The notes under the pieces: model-generated
The model's database searches: none
What the model was told of the DNA's origin: nothing
What the model saw: only the letters and a program-made list of their open reading frames with translations
Assembly: GCA_024276195.1 (NCBI GenBank)
Contig: JAJRXR010000031.1
Span: forward strand, 4,473-68,472
Direction: 5' to 3'
DNA from: Planctomycetota bacterium
Lineage (GTDB): Bacteria > Planctomycetota > Phycisphaerae > Phycisphaerales > UBA1924
DNA: 64,000 nt
Shown: in pieces, positions 36,225 to 45,206 of the stretch
How positions within the stretch are numbered: the stretch's first letter is position 1
Layout of the letters: the number at the start of each line of letters is the position of its first letter
Made by a program: the position numbers and the translations under genes

Positions 36225-39200
36225 ATGGCGCGATCTGAGTGGGCCAAGATTCGAGCATTTGACGGAAGCCAGGAAACGGCATTCGAGGCGTTGTGCAAGC
36301 AACTTGCAGGCTGCGAGTCTTATGCGGCTGATGCAGAGTTCATCCCGAAGGGGAATCCCGACACTGGGATTGAGTGCTTCTGGAAATTGGGCACGGGTGA
36401 GGAGCACGGTTGGCAGGCCAAGTTCTTTCTCGCGTCTCCGCAGGCCAGTCAGTGGCGACAACTCGACGAGTCGGTCAAGTCTGCTCTTGCTAAGCACGCA
36501 CAGCTGCGCCGATACACAGTCTGTTTGCCCATAGATCTGCCCGATGCCCGAGTCCAAGATACACATAGCGCAAGACAGCAATGGGACAAGCACGTTGTCA
36601 AGTGGAAGAGCTGGGCGCGGGGTCACGGACATGACTGTGAGTTCGTGTATTGGGGAGATCATGAGCTGCACAGCCGCCTCATAAATGATCAGCATCGGGG
36701 TCGCTACCGTTACTTCTTCAACAAAGAGATTTTTACAGAAACGTGGTTCGAACAACATCTTGCCGCTCAGATTCAAGCCGCAGGTGCGCGATACACACCG
36801 GAGCTACACATTGATATAGACCTTTCGAAGACCTTTGGTGGAGCAGTACGTGGCCCCTACCTCGCAGACATTTGGTATGGCCATATGAAGGACTTCACAA
36901 AGGCGGCCAAAGATCTTCGATTCTACGATCTGAACAAAAGTCTACGGAGAGAAGGCGAACGGCTCCAAAGCGCCTGTCAAGCATCCCTGGATCGCATGCT
37001 GGCATTGCGCTTGAATATGCCGCACCGTATTAGCGACGCAGGGATCTCGCCTGATTTGGAACTGTTGCACACGCGAATCGACAAACTGGTGGACCGACTG
37101 AGAAGATCGGCCCAGCGGTTCGAGAAGAAGACGACAAAGCCCTACACATCCACTCCATACGAACGCGCCCAGGGATCACTGTGGGGCCTTCACCGCGAGG
37201 TTGATGAGATTCAAAACTTCCTGCAGGGGGAGCTAATCCAGTTGGCTAACGGGCGGCCCCTGTTGATTCGCGGAGATGCGGGAACTGGCAAGACGCACGC
37301 CTTATGTGATTTTGCAGTGCAGCATCGCGAAGTGGCTGGTCACTCCATTATCTGCTTTGGAACCCAGTTTCGAGACGATGCGCTACTGCCGCAAGTTTGC
37401 CGACGCCTTGGGCTAGTGTTTGGAAACTGGGATGAATTCTTTGGGGCACTGTCCGCAGTGGCAGAGTACCACGGTCATCCGGCCGTTCTCTGTCTTGATG
37501 CTTTGAATGAAGCAACCGGCGCTCATGTTTGGGAGCACGAACTACCAGCACTCTTTACGGCATTAAAGAGATACCCGTGGGTTCGACTCTTCCTGTCTGT
37601 TCGGACACCGATGGAGGACCTGTTTGTTCCCGAGCACATCGCGTCGAAGTGTGTTTCGATTCAGCATGCTGGATTCGGCGAGCACTACATCAAGGCCGCA
37701 GCCAAGTTCTTTGATTACTACGATCTGGAAGGACTCCGTGCGCCTCCACTTGTGCCCGAACTCCAGAACCCTCTATTCCTGAAGCTCTACTGCAAGGCAC
37801 ACAAAGGCGCATCAGCCAGTGAGTTGGTTGGAGGCACCCGAAGCCTACAGCGGCTGTTCGATCGCCTTATAGAGCACACGCAGGAAGAGCTGGGAAAGCG
37901 TGGCATCGCTGGCATAGACCCTCGTGGCAATGAAATAGCGAAAGCGTTGGAGCAGATCGCCGAGCGGATGATTGACTCTGGATCCGACCATGTTCCAAGA
38001 GAAGACGCGAAACAGATCGTTGAGGCGAAGACTTCATCTGCTGGCAGGGCTTTCAAGGAGTCACCCTTCGCGTACTTGATTCAAGAGGGCTTGTTGCGCG
38101 AGGTGCCATTCTACGAGCACGGTGAGGATCGCCCGACACAGGCAATCGCCTTCGGGTACCAAAGGTTCACGGACTATTTGCTCGCCGAATGTCTAGTCAA
38201 GAGACATGTGAATCCGACCAAAATCAAGTGTGCTTTCCAGCCTGGGGCTCCGCTCGTGAAGTGGCTATGCGACCAGGCTTCATACTCCCACAGTATTGGT
38301 GTCTACACCATGCTTGCCATCATTACGGCAGAGCGATTTGGCACAGAACTGCCGAGCTTGCTCAGCGATGAGGACAATGCTCGCTTCGATTCGAGGCTGC
38401 ATCTGGAGAGCATTGTCTGGCGCTCCCCTCGTGCTGTTCCGGCCAGTCTGGCCTCGTGGGTCGTCAAGAATGCCCTGCAGGCCGATAGCAATGGCAACTG
38501 CTTCCTGGAGACTCTACTGACGCTTGCTCTCACACCAGATCATCCGCTCAACGCACGAACGCTTCACCAACACTTGATCGTGTTGGAGATGCCAGAAAGA
38601 GATGTGCGATGGACGATGCCAATGCAGCACTCGCAGCGCTGGGGACACGACGGGCCATTCCACACGCTGCTCCACTGGGCCTGGGCGGGCCGCTACAGAA
38701 CACATGAGTACCTGAAGTCTTGTGCGCCCGATGCGGCGGAATTAGGGGCCACGCTTCTGTTTTGGTGTTTCACATTCTCTGACCGCGCCCTTCGGGACTC
38801 AGCGACGAAAGCAGCGGTTGATTTGCTTTCAGTTCACCCAGACCAACTGCCATCACTGATCCACGCGTTCGGCACTGTCGATGACTTGTACGTCAGCGAG
38901 CGAGTCTCGGCAGTGGCGCTCGGAGTGGGCACACGTATCCGTGATCCCGATTTGCTTCTGGAGGTGCTCGATGCGATATACACAGCGTTCTTCAGCAAGC
39001 GTGATCCCCCGGCCAACTACCTATTCCGTGACTATACCAGACGTCTGGTCGAGCTTGCCGCGCGACGGCACAGCAATGTGCCACCGCATCTTCAGCAGAT
39101 GGCCCGGCCCCAACAGGTCTATCTGCGTCGATCACCTGCGTCCCTGGACGAACTCGACCAACGATTCAAGACGTGGTACGACACATCGATTGGATACGTT

Positions 39201-40544
39201 GCTCTTTCTGGCTCTATCAAGCATGGCGATTTCATCCACTACGTTGCGCGATTACCTCACGGGGCTCACAAGCGCCTACGGCGACGGAAAGGAACACGGA
39301 AAGGCATCGATCCTCAACGAATCAACGGACCTGACTTTGTAAAGCGTTGGCTCCTAGAGCGTGTTGCACAACTGGGGTGGACGCCGAAGCGATTCAATCG
39401 CCACGACCAATCGAATCGATCCAACGGTCGAATGACCCACACTAGTGAGCGCATCGGTAAGAAGTACCAGTGGATAGCCTGGCGCGAGCTTGTGGCCCGA
39501 TGCTACGACACATACGAGATAGTGATTGACGAGGACAGCTGGGGAGGGGAGGAATCGGAAGATTCGCTCTGGCTGTTTGCCGCGCGCGCAGACATTGATC
39601 CGACCATTACTGCATATGAATCGGGTTCCGAAGCATGGGGAGATGCTCAGAAGGCTTGGTGGTCTCAAGTCGAGTATGACGCCTGGCTTCCTGATTCTCG
39701 GCGGACGGCATGGCTCAGGCGAATCAACGACATACCCGACACGAAGTCGCTGCTGACTGTGAAACGTCCAGAAACCGGAGCCGACTGGCTGATCGCGTCA
39801 GGATGGTATCGCTGGACCAGAAAGGAAGCCCTGGCGATCACGCCAAAGGAGGAGATCTTCTATCAGATGTTTCTTGGTCTCCGTGGGTATCTCGTGAAAC
39901 GCCGTGACAAAACCAAACTCACAGCGTGGGCACGTCAACAGCGATTCCTTGGCGACTGGATGCCTGGTGGGCATGAAGTAGGGCGATACTCCGGAGCGTA
40001 TCTCGGTGAGTATCCAGAACAGCCCGACGTGGTATGCGCTTGGGCAGAGCCAGGGCCGTCCTTTCGAGGGAGCAATCTGCCATGTGCAATGCTGCCATTG
40101 ACGTGGAGCTATCTCTGTGAACGTGGCTACGACAACTCTATCTGCAAGGCGATCAACCTGGATCTGTTATGTCCTTTCATTGCACGATCCGAAGGCCTTC
40201 AACATTTTTCAGGGGACGGGAGACTCCATACTCCGTCTGGTGAGCTGGTCGCAGAAGACCCCTCGATAGACGCCCTAGGACCAAGCACTCTGGTCATGCA
40301 CCGGGACTGGTTGCAGTCAAGAGTTCTTCGTGACGAATACCTGATTTTCTGGACTGTTATCGGTGAGAAGAACGCAAACAAGATCGGTGGTTCTCGTGAG
40401 TACATCGGGCACCGTGAACTCAACGGATACTACCTGTTCGAAGGTAGCCGGATCACTGGCAAAGTAAGGACGGAGTTTCTAACGCCAGCAATGATGGCCC
40501 AGCGCCACCAGCAAGCCCAAGTCAGTCAAAGCGTGGTCATATGA
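36225..40544 (+). CDS. STAND-class NTPase with N-terminal Mrr-like PD-(D/E)xK nuclease domain and ~900-aa unassigned C-terminal region (Avs/bNACHT-like antiviral candidate)
   Basis: N-terminus: FEALCKQLAG..PDTGIECFWKL..GWQAKFF. Walker A LIRGDAGTGKTHAL, Walker B AVLCLDALNEA, and LFLSVRT. The long uninterrupted ORF uses island codon usage. Confidence 0.7.
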   Translation: MARSEWAKIRAFDGSQETAFEALCKQLAGCESYAADAEFIPKGNPDTGIECFWKLGTGEEHGWQAKFFLASPQASQWRQLDESVKSALAKHAQLRRYTVCLPIDLPDARVQDTHSARQQWDKHVVKWKSWARGHGHDCEFVYWGDHELHSRLINDQHRGRYRYFFNKEIFTETWFEQHLAAQIQAAGARYTPELHIDIDLSKTFGGAVRGPYLADIWYGHMKDFTKAAKDLRFYDLNKSLRREGERLQSACQASLDRMLALRLNMPHRISDAGISPDLELLHTRIDKLVDRLRRSAQRFEKKTTKPYTSTPYERAQGSLWGLHREVDEIQNFLQGELIQLANGRPLLIRGDAGTGKTHALCDFAVQHREVAGHSIICFGTQFRDDALLPQVCRRLGLVFGNWDEFFGALSAVAEYHGHPAVLCLDALNEATGAHVWEHELPALFTALKRYPWVRLFLSVRTPMEDLFVPEHIASKCVSIQHAGFGEHYIKAAAKFFDYYDLEGLRAPPLVPELQNPLFLKLYCKAHKGASASELVGGTRSLQRLFDRLIEHTQEELGKRGIAGIDPRGNEIAKALEQIAERMIDSGSDHVPREDAKQIVEAKTSSAGRAFKESPFAYLIQEGLLREVPFYEHGEDRPTQAIAFGYQRFTDYLLAECLVKRHVNPTKIKCAFQPGAPLVKWLCDQASYSHSIGVYTMLAIITAERFGTELPSLLSDEDNARFDSRLHLESIVWRSPRAVPASLASWVVKNALQADSNGNCFLETLLTLALTPDHPLNARTLHQHLIVLEMPERDVRWTMPMQHSQRWGHDGPFHTLLHWAWAGRYRTHEYLKSCAPDAAELGATLLFWCFTFSDRALRDSATKAAVDLLSVHPDQLPSLIHAFGTVDDLYVSERVSAVALGVGTRIRDPDLLLEVLDAIYTAFFSKRDPPANYLFRDYTRRLVELAARRHSNVPPHLQQMARPQQVYLRRSPASLDELDQRFKTWYDTSIGYVALSGSIKHGDFIHYVARLPHGAHKRLRRRKGTRKGIDPQRINGPDFVKRWLLERVAQLGWTPKRFNRHDQSNRSNGRMTHTSERIGKKYQWIAWRELVARCYDTYEIVIDEDSWGGEESEDSLWLFAARADIDPTITAYESGSEAWGDAQKAWWSQVEYDAWLPDSRRTAWLRRINDIPDTKSLLTVKRPETGADWLIASGWYRWTRKEALAITPKEEIFYQMFLGLRGYLVKRRDKTKLTAWARQQRFLGDWMPGGHEVGRYSGAYLGEYPEQPDVVCAWAEPGPSFRGSNLPCAMLPLTWSYLCERGYDNSICKAINLDLLCPFIARSEGLQHFSGDGRLHTPSGELVAEDPSIDALGPSTLVMHRDWLQSRVLRDEYLIFWTVIGEKNANKIGGSREYIGHRELNGYYLFEGSRITGKVRTEFLTPAMMAQRHQQAQVSQSVVI

Positions 40545-40623
40545 TTCTTTGGCATTTCTCGCGCACACTACCTGACCTGCATTCCCAGATGCGTCCATCC
40601 CGCTGCATTGTCGCATAGCAGGT

Positions 40624-40682
40624 GGACGGGTTTCGGGGGGCAGGTCACCCCGGCCTATCCCCTCGAAACCCGTCCAGTTTTG
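40624..40682 (+). terminator. strong hairpin between the STAND gene and the SIR2 gene
   Basis: 17-nt arms ggacgggtttcgggggg / cccctcgaaacccgtcc (one mismatch), 18-nt loop, then agttttg. Confidence 0.5.
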
Positions 40683-40776
40683 CGTGGGCCCCGAAGCTGG
40701 AACAGCGGCGACCTGGGCCGGGGCCGACGGCTGCGAGCGTTTTGCGGTCCGAAGGGGATTCGGGCGATACACTTAG

Positions 40777-41811
40777 ATGCGAATGCCCAGTGACACCGAC
40801 TTCATCAAAGAACTTGAACAAAGGGTTGTGCAGCAGCTCAAATCGCAGCGCGTAGGTTATCTTCTTGGTGCAGGCTCTTCCTATCTGGACGGCAATGGGT
40901 ATCCGCTTGCGTTTCAACTCTGGGGCCGCATCAAGGACAAGATCACGGACCTGACGAAACGGGATGACATTCAGGCCAAGCTCGATGGCGGGGCGAACGG
41001 GATCGAACACGCCTTGGACTTGTTGGATGATGGCAGCGCGACGGACACGCCCTATCGCCACTTGGTCACCACCGCGATAGCGGAAGATTTCATGCCGATG
41101 AATCCCCCGCTCGATACACACGCTGCGTTCGTCGGGCGGATCGCCCTGCGGACTGACCCGTGTGTCAAGGTGTTCAGCCTCAACTACGACCCGCTCATTG
41201 AGCGGGCCGCTGAGATCGCTAAGTGCCGTCTCGTCGATGGCTTCATCGGCCACGAGCACGCATACTTCAATCCTGCCGTGTTCACCGAAACGCTCTTGCT
41301 GAGTCGTGGACCGCGTGCCAGGCCTTCGCTGAGCCCAGCGGGCACTCCGATCCACCTTTACAAACTGCATGGGTCAATGGGTTGGTATGACTGCCCGACG
41401 CGAGGCGTACGGCGGTGCGCCTTTGGCGGCGCGTTGCCATCGGGAGTGGTCCGGCTGATGATCCCCCCGCAGCGGCGAAAGGTCTCCGAGGTAGTCCGGC
41501 CAGCGTACTCGCCGATTTGGACGGCCTTTCGCGGAGCGATGAGTCATGATGCAAAGCCGCTGATGCGACTCGTTGCCGCCGGATACGGGTTCTTGGACGA
41601 GCACGTTAATGACGTAATTGACTCAGCCTTGGAGCGCCCGGACTTCCGGCTTCTGATTTTTGCCAGGGCGCTGTCAGACTCTGCCTGGGCACGTTGGAGT
41701 GCTAAGGCGAACACGCTCGTCATCACGGAGAATCGTTGCGCGATTGAGAGCACAACGGGACCCGGTCACGCGGACCTTTGGAAGTTCGAACAACTTGCTA
41801 TCAAGGTGTAG
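40777..41811 (+). CDS. SIR2-like (SIR2_2-type) NADase-domain protein
   Basis: YLLGAGSSY (GAGxS), FSLNYDPLIE (N..D) and LYKLHGSMGW motifs in SIR2 order. Confidence 0.8.
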   Translation: MRMPSDTDFIKELEQRVVQQLKSQRVGYLLGAGSSYLDGNGYPLAFQLWGRIKDKITDLTKRDDIQAKLDGGANGIEHALDLLDDGSATDTPYRHLVTTAIAEDFMPMNPPLDTHAAFVGRIALRTDPCVKVFSLNYDPLIERAAEIAKCRLVDGFIGHEHAYFNPAVFTETLLLSRGPRARPSLSPAGTPIHLYKLHGSMGWYDCPTRGVRRCAFGGALPSGVVRLMIPPQRRKVSEVVRPAYSPIWTAFRGAMSHDAKPLMRLVAAGYGFLDEHVNDVIDSALERPDFRLLIFARALSDSAWARWSAKANTLVITENRCAIESTTGPGHADLWKFEQLAIKV

Positions 41812-41814
41812 CTC

Positions 41815-43506
41815 ATGCCTACTGCCAACGAATCCGTCATTGGACACATTGTGGACGTACAAGGCGGCCTGCTTACCGCAACGCTTGCCGAGGACGAGCA
41901 GGGCGCGTCGCCCGTCGTCACGATTGCGGGCGAAGACATCTTGGTTGGGCAGATAGGCTCTTACGTCGCCATAAGACAGCACGACATCAACATCATCGCG
42001 ATCGTGACACGCATGACCGAGCAGGAGGCCCTTCTCGGTGCCTCAATTGAGACTCCGACAGGTGAGAAAGCGAGATTGCCATTCGCCAAGCGGATGGCGC
42101 GGCTCACACCGATCGGGTCCATCGACCCAGACGGTCAATTCACCCGTGGAGTTGGGCGGTACCCGACCACGGGTGCCGAAGTCCACGCGATCGGCACAGC
42201 GGACATCGCCAAGATGTTTGAGCGATACCAGTCGAAGGGTTTCTCGGTCGGGACCGTGGCGACACATCCGTCGCTCAAGGTTTGCCTCGACCCGTCGAAC
42301 CTGTTCGGGCGACACTTTGCCATTCTCGGACAAACGGGGTCGGGCAAGTCGTGGACCGTCGCCTCTTTGGTGCAACGCACGGTCGCGGTCATGCCCCGCG
42401 CCCACATCATCATCCTGGATTTGCACGGGGAGTATTGCTGGAAGCGTGAGGATGGCAGTCGCCACTACGCATTCGCGGACAAGATCGTCCGCCATGTGGA
42501 TGCGAGAGAGTTGGAGATTCCGTATTGGCTGATGACCTACGCGGAGCTGTGCGATTTGCTGATCGAACACAGCGAGCGGGAAGCCACCAATCAGACTGCA
42601 TTCTTCCGCGACTCTCTGTTTGAAGGTCGTCAGAAAGAAAACACCACGGCCATGCCCCCACTTGGACTCTCTCGGGTCACGGTGGATACCCCAATTTATT
42701 TTTCGTTGGACGAATTGATCGCCAAGGTCAAAGCCAAGAATATTGAGCGGGTTGGCAATCGGCAGGGTCCGATGTTCGGAAACTTTGATCGCTTCCTCAT
42801 GCGGATCGAAAGCAAGCTGAATGACTCGCGATATGACTTCTTGCTGAAGCCGCAAAAACGAAACACCTCGGCGTCGCTCTCCGTCATGCTGCGCGACTTC
42901 GTCGGGCTTGGCACTCAAAAAGCGGCGGTTACTGTAATTGACCTTTCCTCAGTACCGTTCGACGTTCGTCCTACCGTAGCGGCGCAGATCGGTCGCTTGG
43001 CGTTCGAATTCAACTATTGGAACCCCAAGTACCGGGAGTTTCCCATCCTGCTCATATGCGAGGAGGCCCATGCGTACATCCCGCGTGCCGCCGAGAGCCA
43101 GTTTGCTGGCGCGAGGAAGTCGATGGAGCGCATCGCCAAGGAAGGGCGCAAATATGGCGTCGGGCTTGCTGTGGTTAGCCAGAGACCGCACGAGGTATCC
43201 GAAACGGTGCTCGCGCAGTGCGGCACATTCATCTGTCTGCGGATCACGAACCCCAACGATCAAGCCTATGTCCGCAGTCTCGTTCCCGAGAGCGAAGGTG
43301 ACTTGATCAGCGTGCTCGCGGGCTTGGGCCGGGGTGAAGCGCTGGTATTAGGCGAGGCCGTCCCGCTCCCGACTCGGTTGCAGTTCGACAAGCCGAACCC
43401 CTCCCCCAATAGCGATGACGTGGACTTTTACAATATGTGGAAAACCGGCCCAACGGACCTTGACGTAGATGCGATCGTGAAGCGGTGGCGAAGTCAGGAG
43501 CGTTGA
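41815..43506 (+). CDS. HerA-type (DUF87/FtsK-HerA superfamily) ATPase
   Basis: The ATG is 3 nt after the SIR2 stop. N-terminal HAS-barrel-like segment (VIGHIVDVQGG..VGQIGSYVAI), Walker A ILGQTGSGKS, Walker B ILLICEEAHAYIP, VVSQRP..V....QCGTFICLRITN. Confidence 0.85.
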   Translation: MPTANESVIGHIVDVQGGLLTATLAEDEQGASPVVTIAGEDILVGQIGSYVAIRQHDINIIAIVTRMTEQEALLGASIETPTGEKARLPFAKRMARLTPIGSIDPDGQFTRGVGRYPTTGAEVHAIGTADIAKMFERYQSKGFSVGTVATHPSLKVCLDPSNLFGRHFAILGQTGSGKSWTVASLVQRTVAVMPRAHIIILDLHGEYCWKREDGSRHYAFADKIVRHVDARELEIPYWLMTYAELCDLLIEHSEREATNQTAFFRDSLFEGRQKENTTAMPPLGLSRVTVDTPIYFSLDELIAKVKAKNIERVGNRQGPMFGNFDRFLMRIESKLNDSRYDFLLKPQKRNTSASLSVMLRDFVGLGTQKAAVTVIDLSSVPFDVRPTVAAQIGRLAFEFNYWNPKYREFPILLICEEAHAYIPRAAESQFAGARKSMERIAKEGRKYGVGLAVVSQRPHEVSETVLAQCGTFICLRITNPNDQAYVRSLVPESEGDLISVLAGLGRGEALVLGEAVPLPTRLQFDKPNPSPNSDDVDFYNMWKTGPTDLDVDAIVKRWRSQER

Positions 43507-43591
43507 TCGGGAAAAACTCTCTTGGGGGGTCAATCGCTGTCTCCGGCATCGCCGAGCATCAAGGGGATAGACCCCCGGCTGGTGTGGGCTG

Positions 43592-43855
43592 CTAGGGTCG
43601 TTTGGGTCGCTTCGGGCGCCTCATGAGGTATTGGTCCAGTGCCTCACCCGGTGAGATACCGCACGCCTCCGCCCACCGACAGAACTCACCCACATCGACC
43701 CTCCGGCTCCCCGACTCGGAAGTCGAGATCGACTGCTGCACCCTCAGCAGCTTCTCGGCCAGCTCACGCTGCGTGAGGCCCGCCTCCTCCCGCATCTGCC
43801 GGAGCAGATCCGGGATCGGCGCGTAGTCGCGGTGGTGGACGGCCCGTGCTCCCAT
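43592..43855 (-). CDS. XRE-family helix-turn-helix regulator
   Basis: LRQMREEAGLTQRELAEKLLRVQQSISTSESGSRRV matches the Cro/CI-type HTH. Confidence 0.8.
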   Translation of the reverse strand: MGARAVHHRDYAPIPDLLRQMREEAGLTQRELAEKLLRVQQSISTSESGSRRVDVGEFCRWAEACGISPGEALDQYLMRRPKRPKRP

Positions 43856-43880
43856 TTGAGCACTGTCCCCCGGATTCCCC

Positions 43881-43910
43881 TTGACAAGAAAACGTTGTAG
43901 TCGCTACGCT
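43881..43910 (+). promoter_or_regulatory. candidate sigma-70 promoter for 43957..44601
   Basis: ttgaca (43881-43886), 18-nt spacer, tacgct (43905-43910). ggaaggagg lies upstream of the GTG start. Confidence 0.3.
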
Positions 43911-43956
43911 GCTCTCCATCGCCATCCAGGCGGGAAGGAGGGCTGAGCAGAGCGCA

Positions 43957-44601
43957 GTGCAGGACTTGATCGGGCGGAACTTCGGGCTGTTGATCGCCTA
44001 CGTCATCCCAGGATTCATCGTCCTCTGGGGCGTCGGGTTCGTGGACGGCCGCGTGGCTGACTGGCTCTCCGGTTCAGCGACCCAGGCGGGGCCGACCGTT
44101 GGCGGCTTCCTGTACGTCACCATCGCCTCCGTCGGGCTTGGCATGACGGCCAGCGCTGTCCGATGGCTCGTGGTGGACACGATCCACCACGCGACGGGGC
44201 TCGTTCGACCTCGGTGGTCTGATCGCCCGCTGCACGAGCGCATCGACGGCTACACCTGGATCATCGAGAACCACTACCGCTACTACCAGTTCTACGGCAA
44301 CTCAGCGGTTGCCCTTCTCTTCACCGCCCTCGTCTGGAGGGTTTCGTCGCCGGAGATCGGGAGCGGTCTCGGCTGGATTGACGCGTCTGTGATCGCTGTG
44401 ACAGCGGTCTTGTTTGCCGGGTCCCGGAGTGCCTTGGAGTTGTACTACCGCCGAGCGGAATCCCTGCTCGGCCCAGATATGGAGTGCGCAGACATGACCA
44501 ACGGTGGCAGCCCGAAGAAGCCGATCCAGACCAAGCCCAAAACGGAGACCAAGCAGGTGGGAGACAAGGCTGGGACGACCCAGCCCAAGCCCAAGGAATA
44601 A
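43957..44601 (+). CDS. hypothetical polytopic membrane protein with Lys/Pro/Thr-rich tail
   Basis: GTG start, about four TM helices, divergent from the XRE gene. Confidence 0.5.
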   Translation: MQDLIGRNFGLLIAYVIPGFIVLWGVGFVDGRVADWLSGSATQAGPTVGGFLYVTIASVGLGMTASAVRWLVVDTIHHATGLVRPRWSDRPLHERIDGYTWIIENHYRYYQFYGNSAVALLFTALVWRVSSPEIGSGLGWIDASVIAVTAVLFAGSRSALELYYRRAESLLGPDMECADMTNGGSPKKPIQTKPKTETKQVGDKAGTTQPKPKE

Positions 44602-44613
44602 CCCAAACACAAG

Positions 44614-44650
44614 CCCCTCGGCGGAGAAACACCGCTGAGGGGTATTCTGA
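44614..44650. terminator. bidirectional hairpin terminator between convergent genes
   Basis: 11-bp stem cccctcggcgg/ccgctgagggg (one G-U pair), 7-nt loop, then tattctg. Confidence 0.55.
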
Positions 44651-44738
44651 CGCAGTTGCTGGTTGGAGTGCGGTCTGGTCTTCAGGCGCCCTCGTGATTG
44701 GACCCGATCAATCGGTCCCAATCGACCGGGACCGATCG

Positions 44739-45206
44739 CTAGCTCCTCGGCGTCTGCTTGAGCGCCAGCAGCAGGAAGTCCGCGATCGCGTCCTCGTACT
44801 GCGCCATGGCCATCCGGTCGCCGTAGGACGGCCGGTCCATCCTCGGCGCCTTGCCCGTGAGATCCGCCAGCTCGTCCTGCGAGCGGATCGCCAGCGCCCA
44901 CAGCGCCCGCGTCACCTCACTCCCCATGACCGTCGTGCCCAGGTACGACGACAGCGTGCGCGCAAACCGCTCGACCTCATCCGCCTCGCTCCGAGTGAAC
45001 CTCGCCTTGATGTGGACCCCCTGCTCCCGCTTCCTCGCGGATCGCCCCCGTCCAGCGCTGCGCGGCGGAGCCGGATCCCCTGCCCCGCCCTTCGGCGGTG
45101 TTCGTTCTCGGTCGCTCTGAGACGGCCTCTCCACCGGTCCAACGATCGCGGCCACCTGGTCCTTGAGCAGCGGGTTGACGGTCGGTCTGTCACGCCGCCT
45201 TGCCAT
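44739..45206 (-). CDS. putative ribbon-helix-helix centromere-binding partner of ParA (ParG/ParB-like)
   Basis: Overlaps the parA 3' end by 17 nt. A basic disordered N-terminus is followed by VHIKARFTRSEADEVERFARTL, an RHH-like beta-strand plus helix. Confidence 0.4.
   Translation of the reverse strand: MARRRDRPTVNPLLKDQVAAIVGPVERPSQSDRERTPPKGGAGDPAPPRSAGRGRSARKREQGVHIKARFTRSEADEVERFARTLSSYLGTTVMGSEVTRALWALAIRSQDELADLTGKAPRMDRPSYGDRMAMAQYEDAIADFLLLALKQTPRS

Larger units (their letters stand above)
35284..43560. other. lower-G+C genomic island carrying defence genes
   Basis: There is an abrupt shift by eye to A/T-richer codons and intergenic DNA after 35283. High G+C returns near 43560-43590. 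Confidence 0.6.

Noticed and set aside
35853-36776. 307-aa minus-strand ORF at the left of the island
   Set aside because: Two thirds of it overlap the 5' end of the 1,439-aa gene, whose nuclease motifs lie exactly there. The product is Cys/Arg/Ser-rich with no motif. The non-overlapping part (35853-36224) may simply be an untranslated leader or promoter region.
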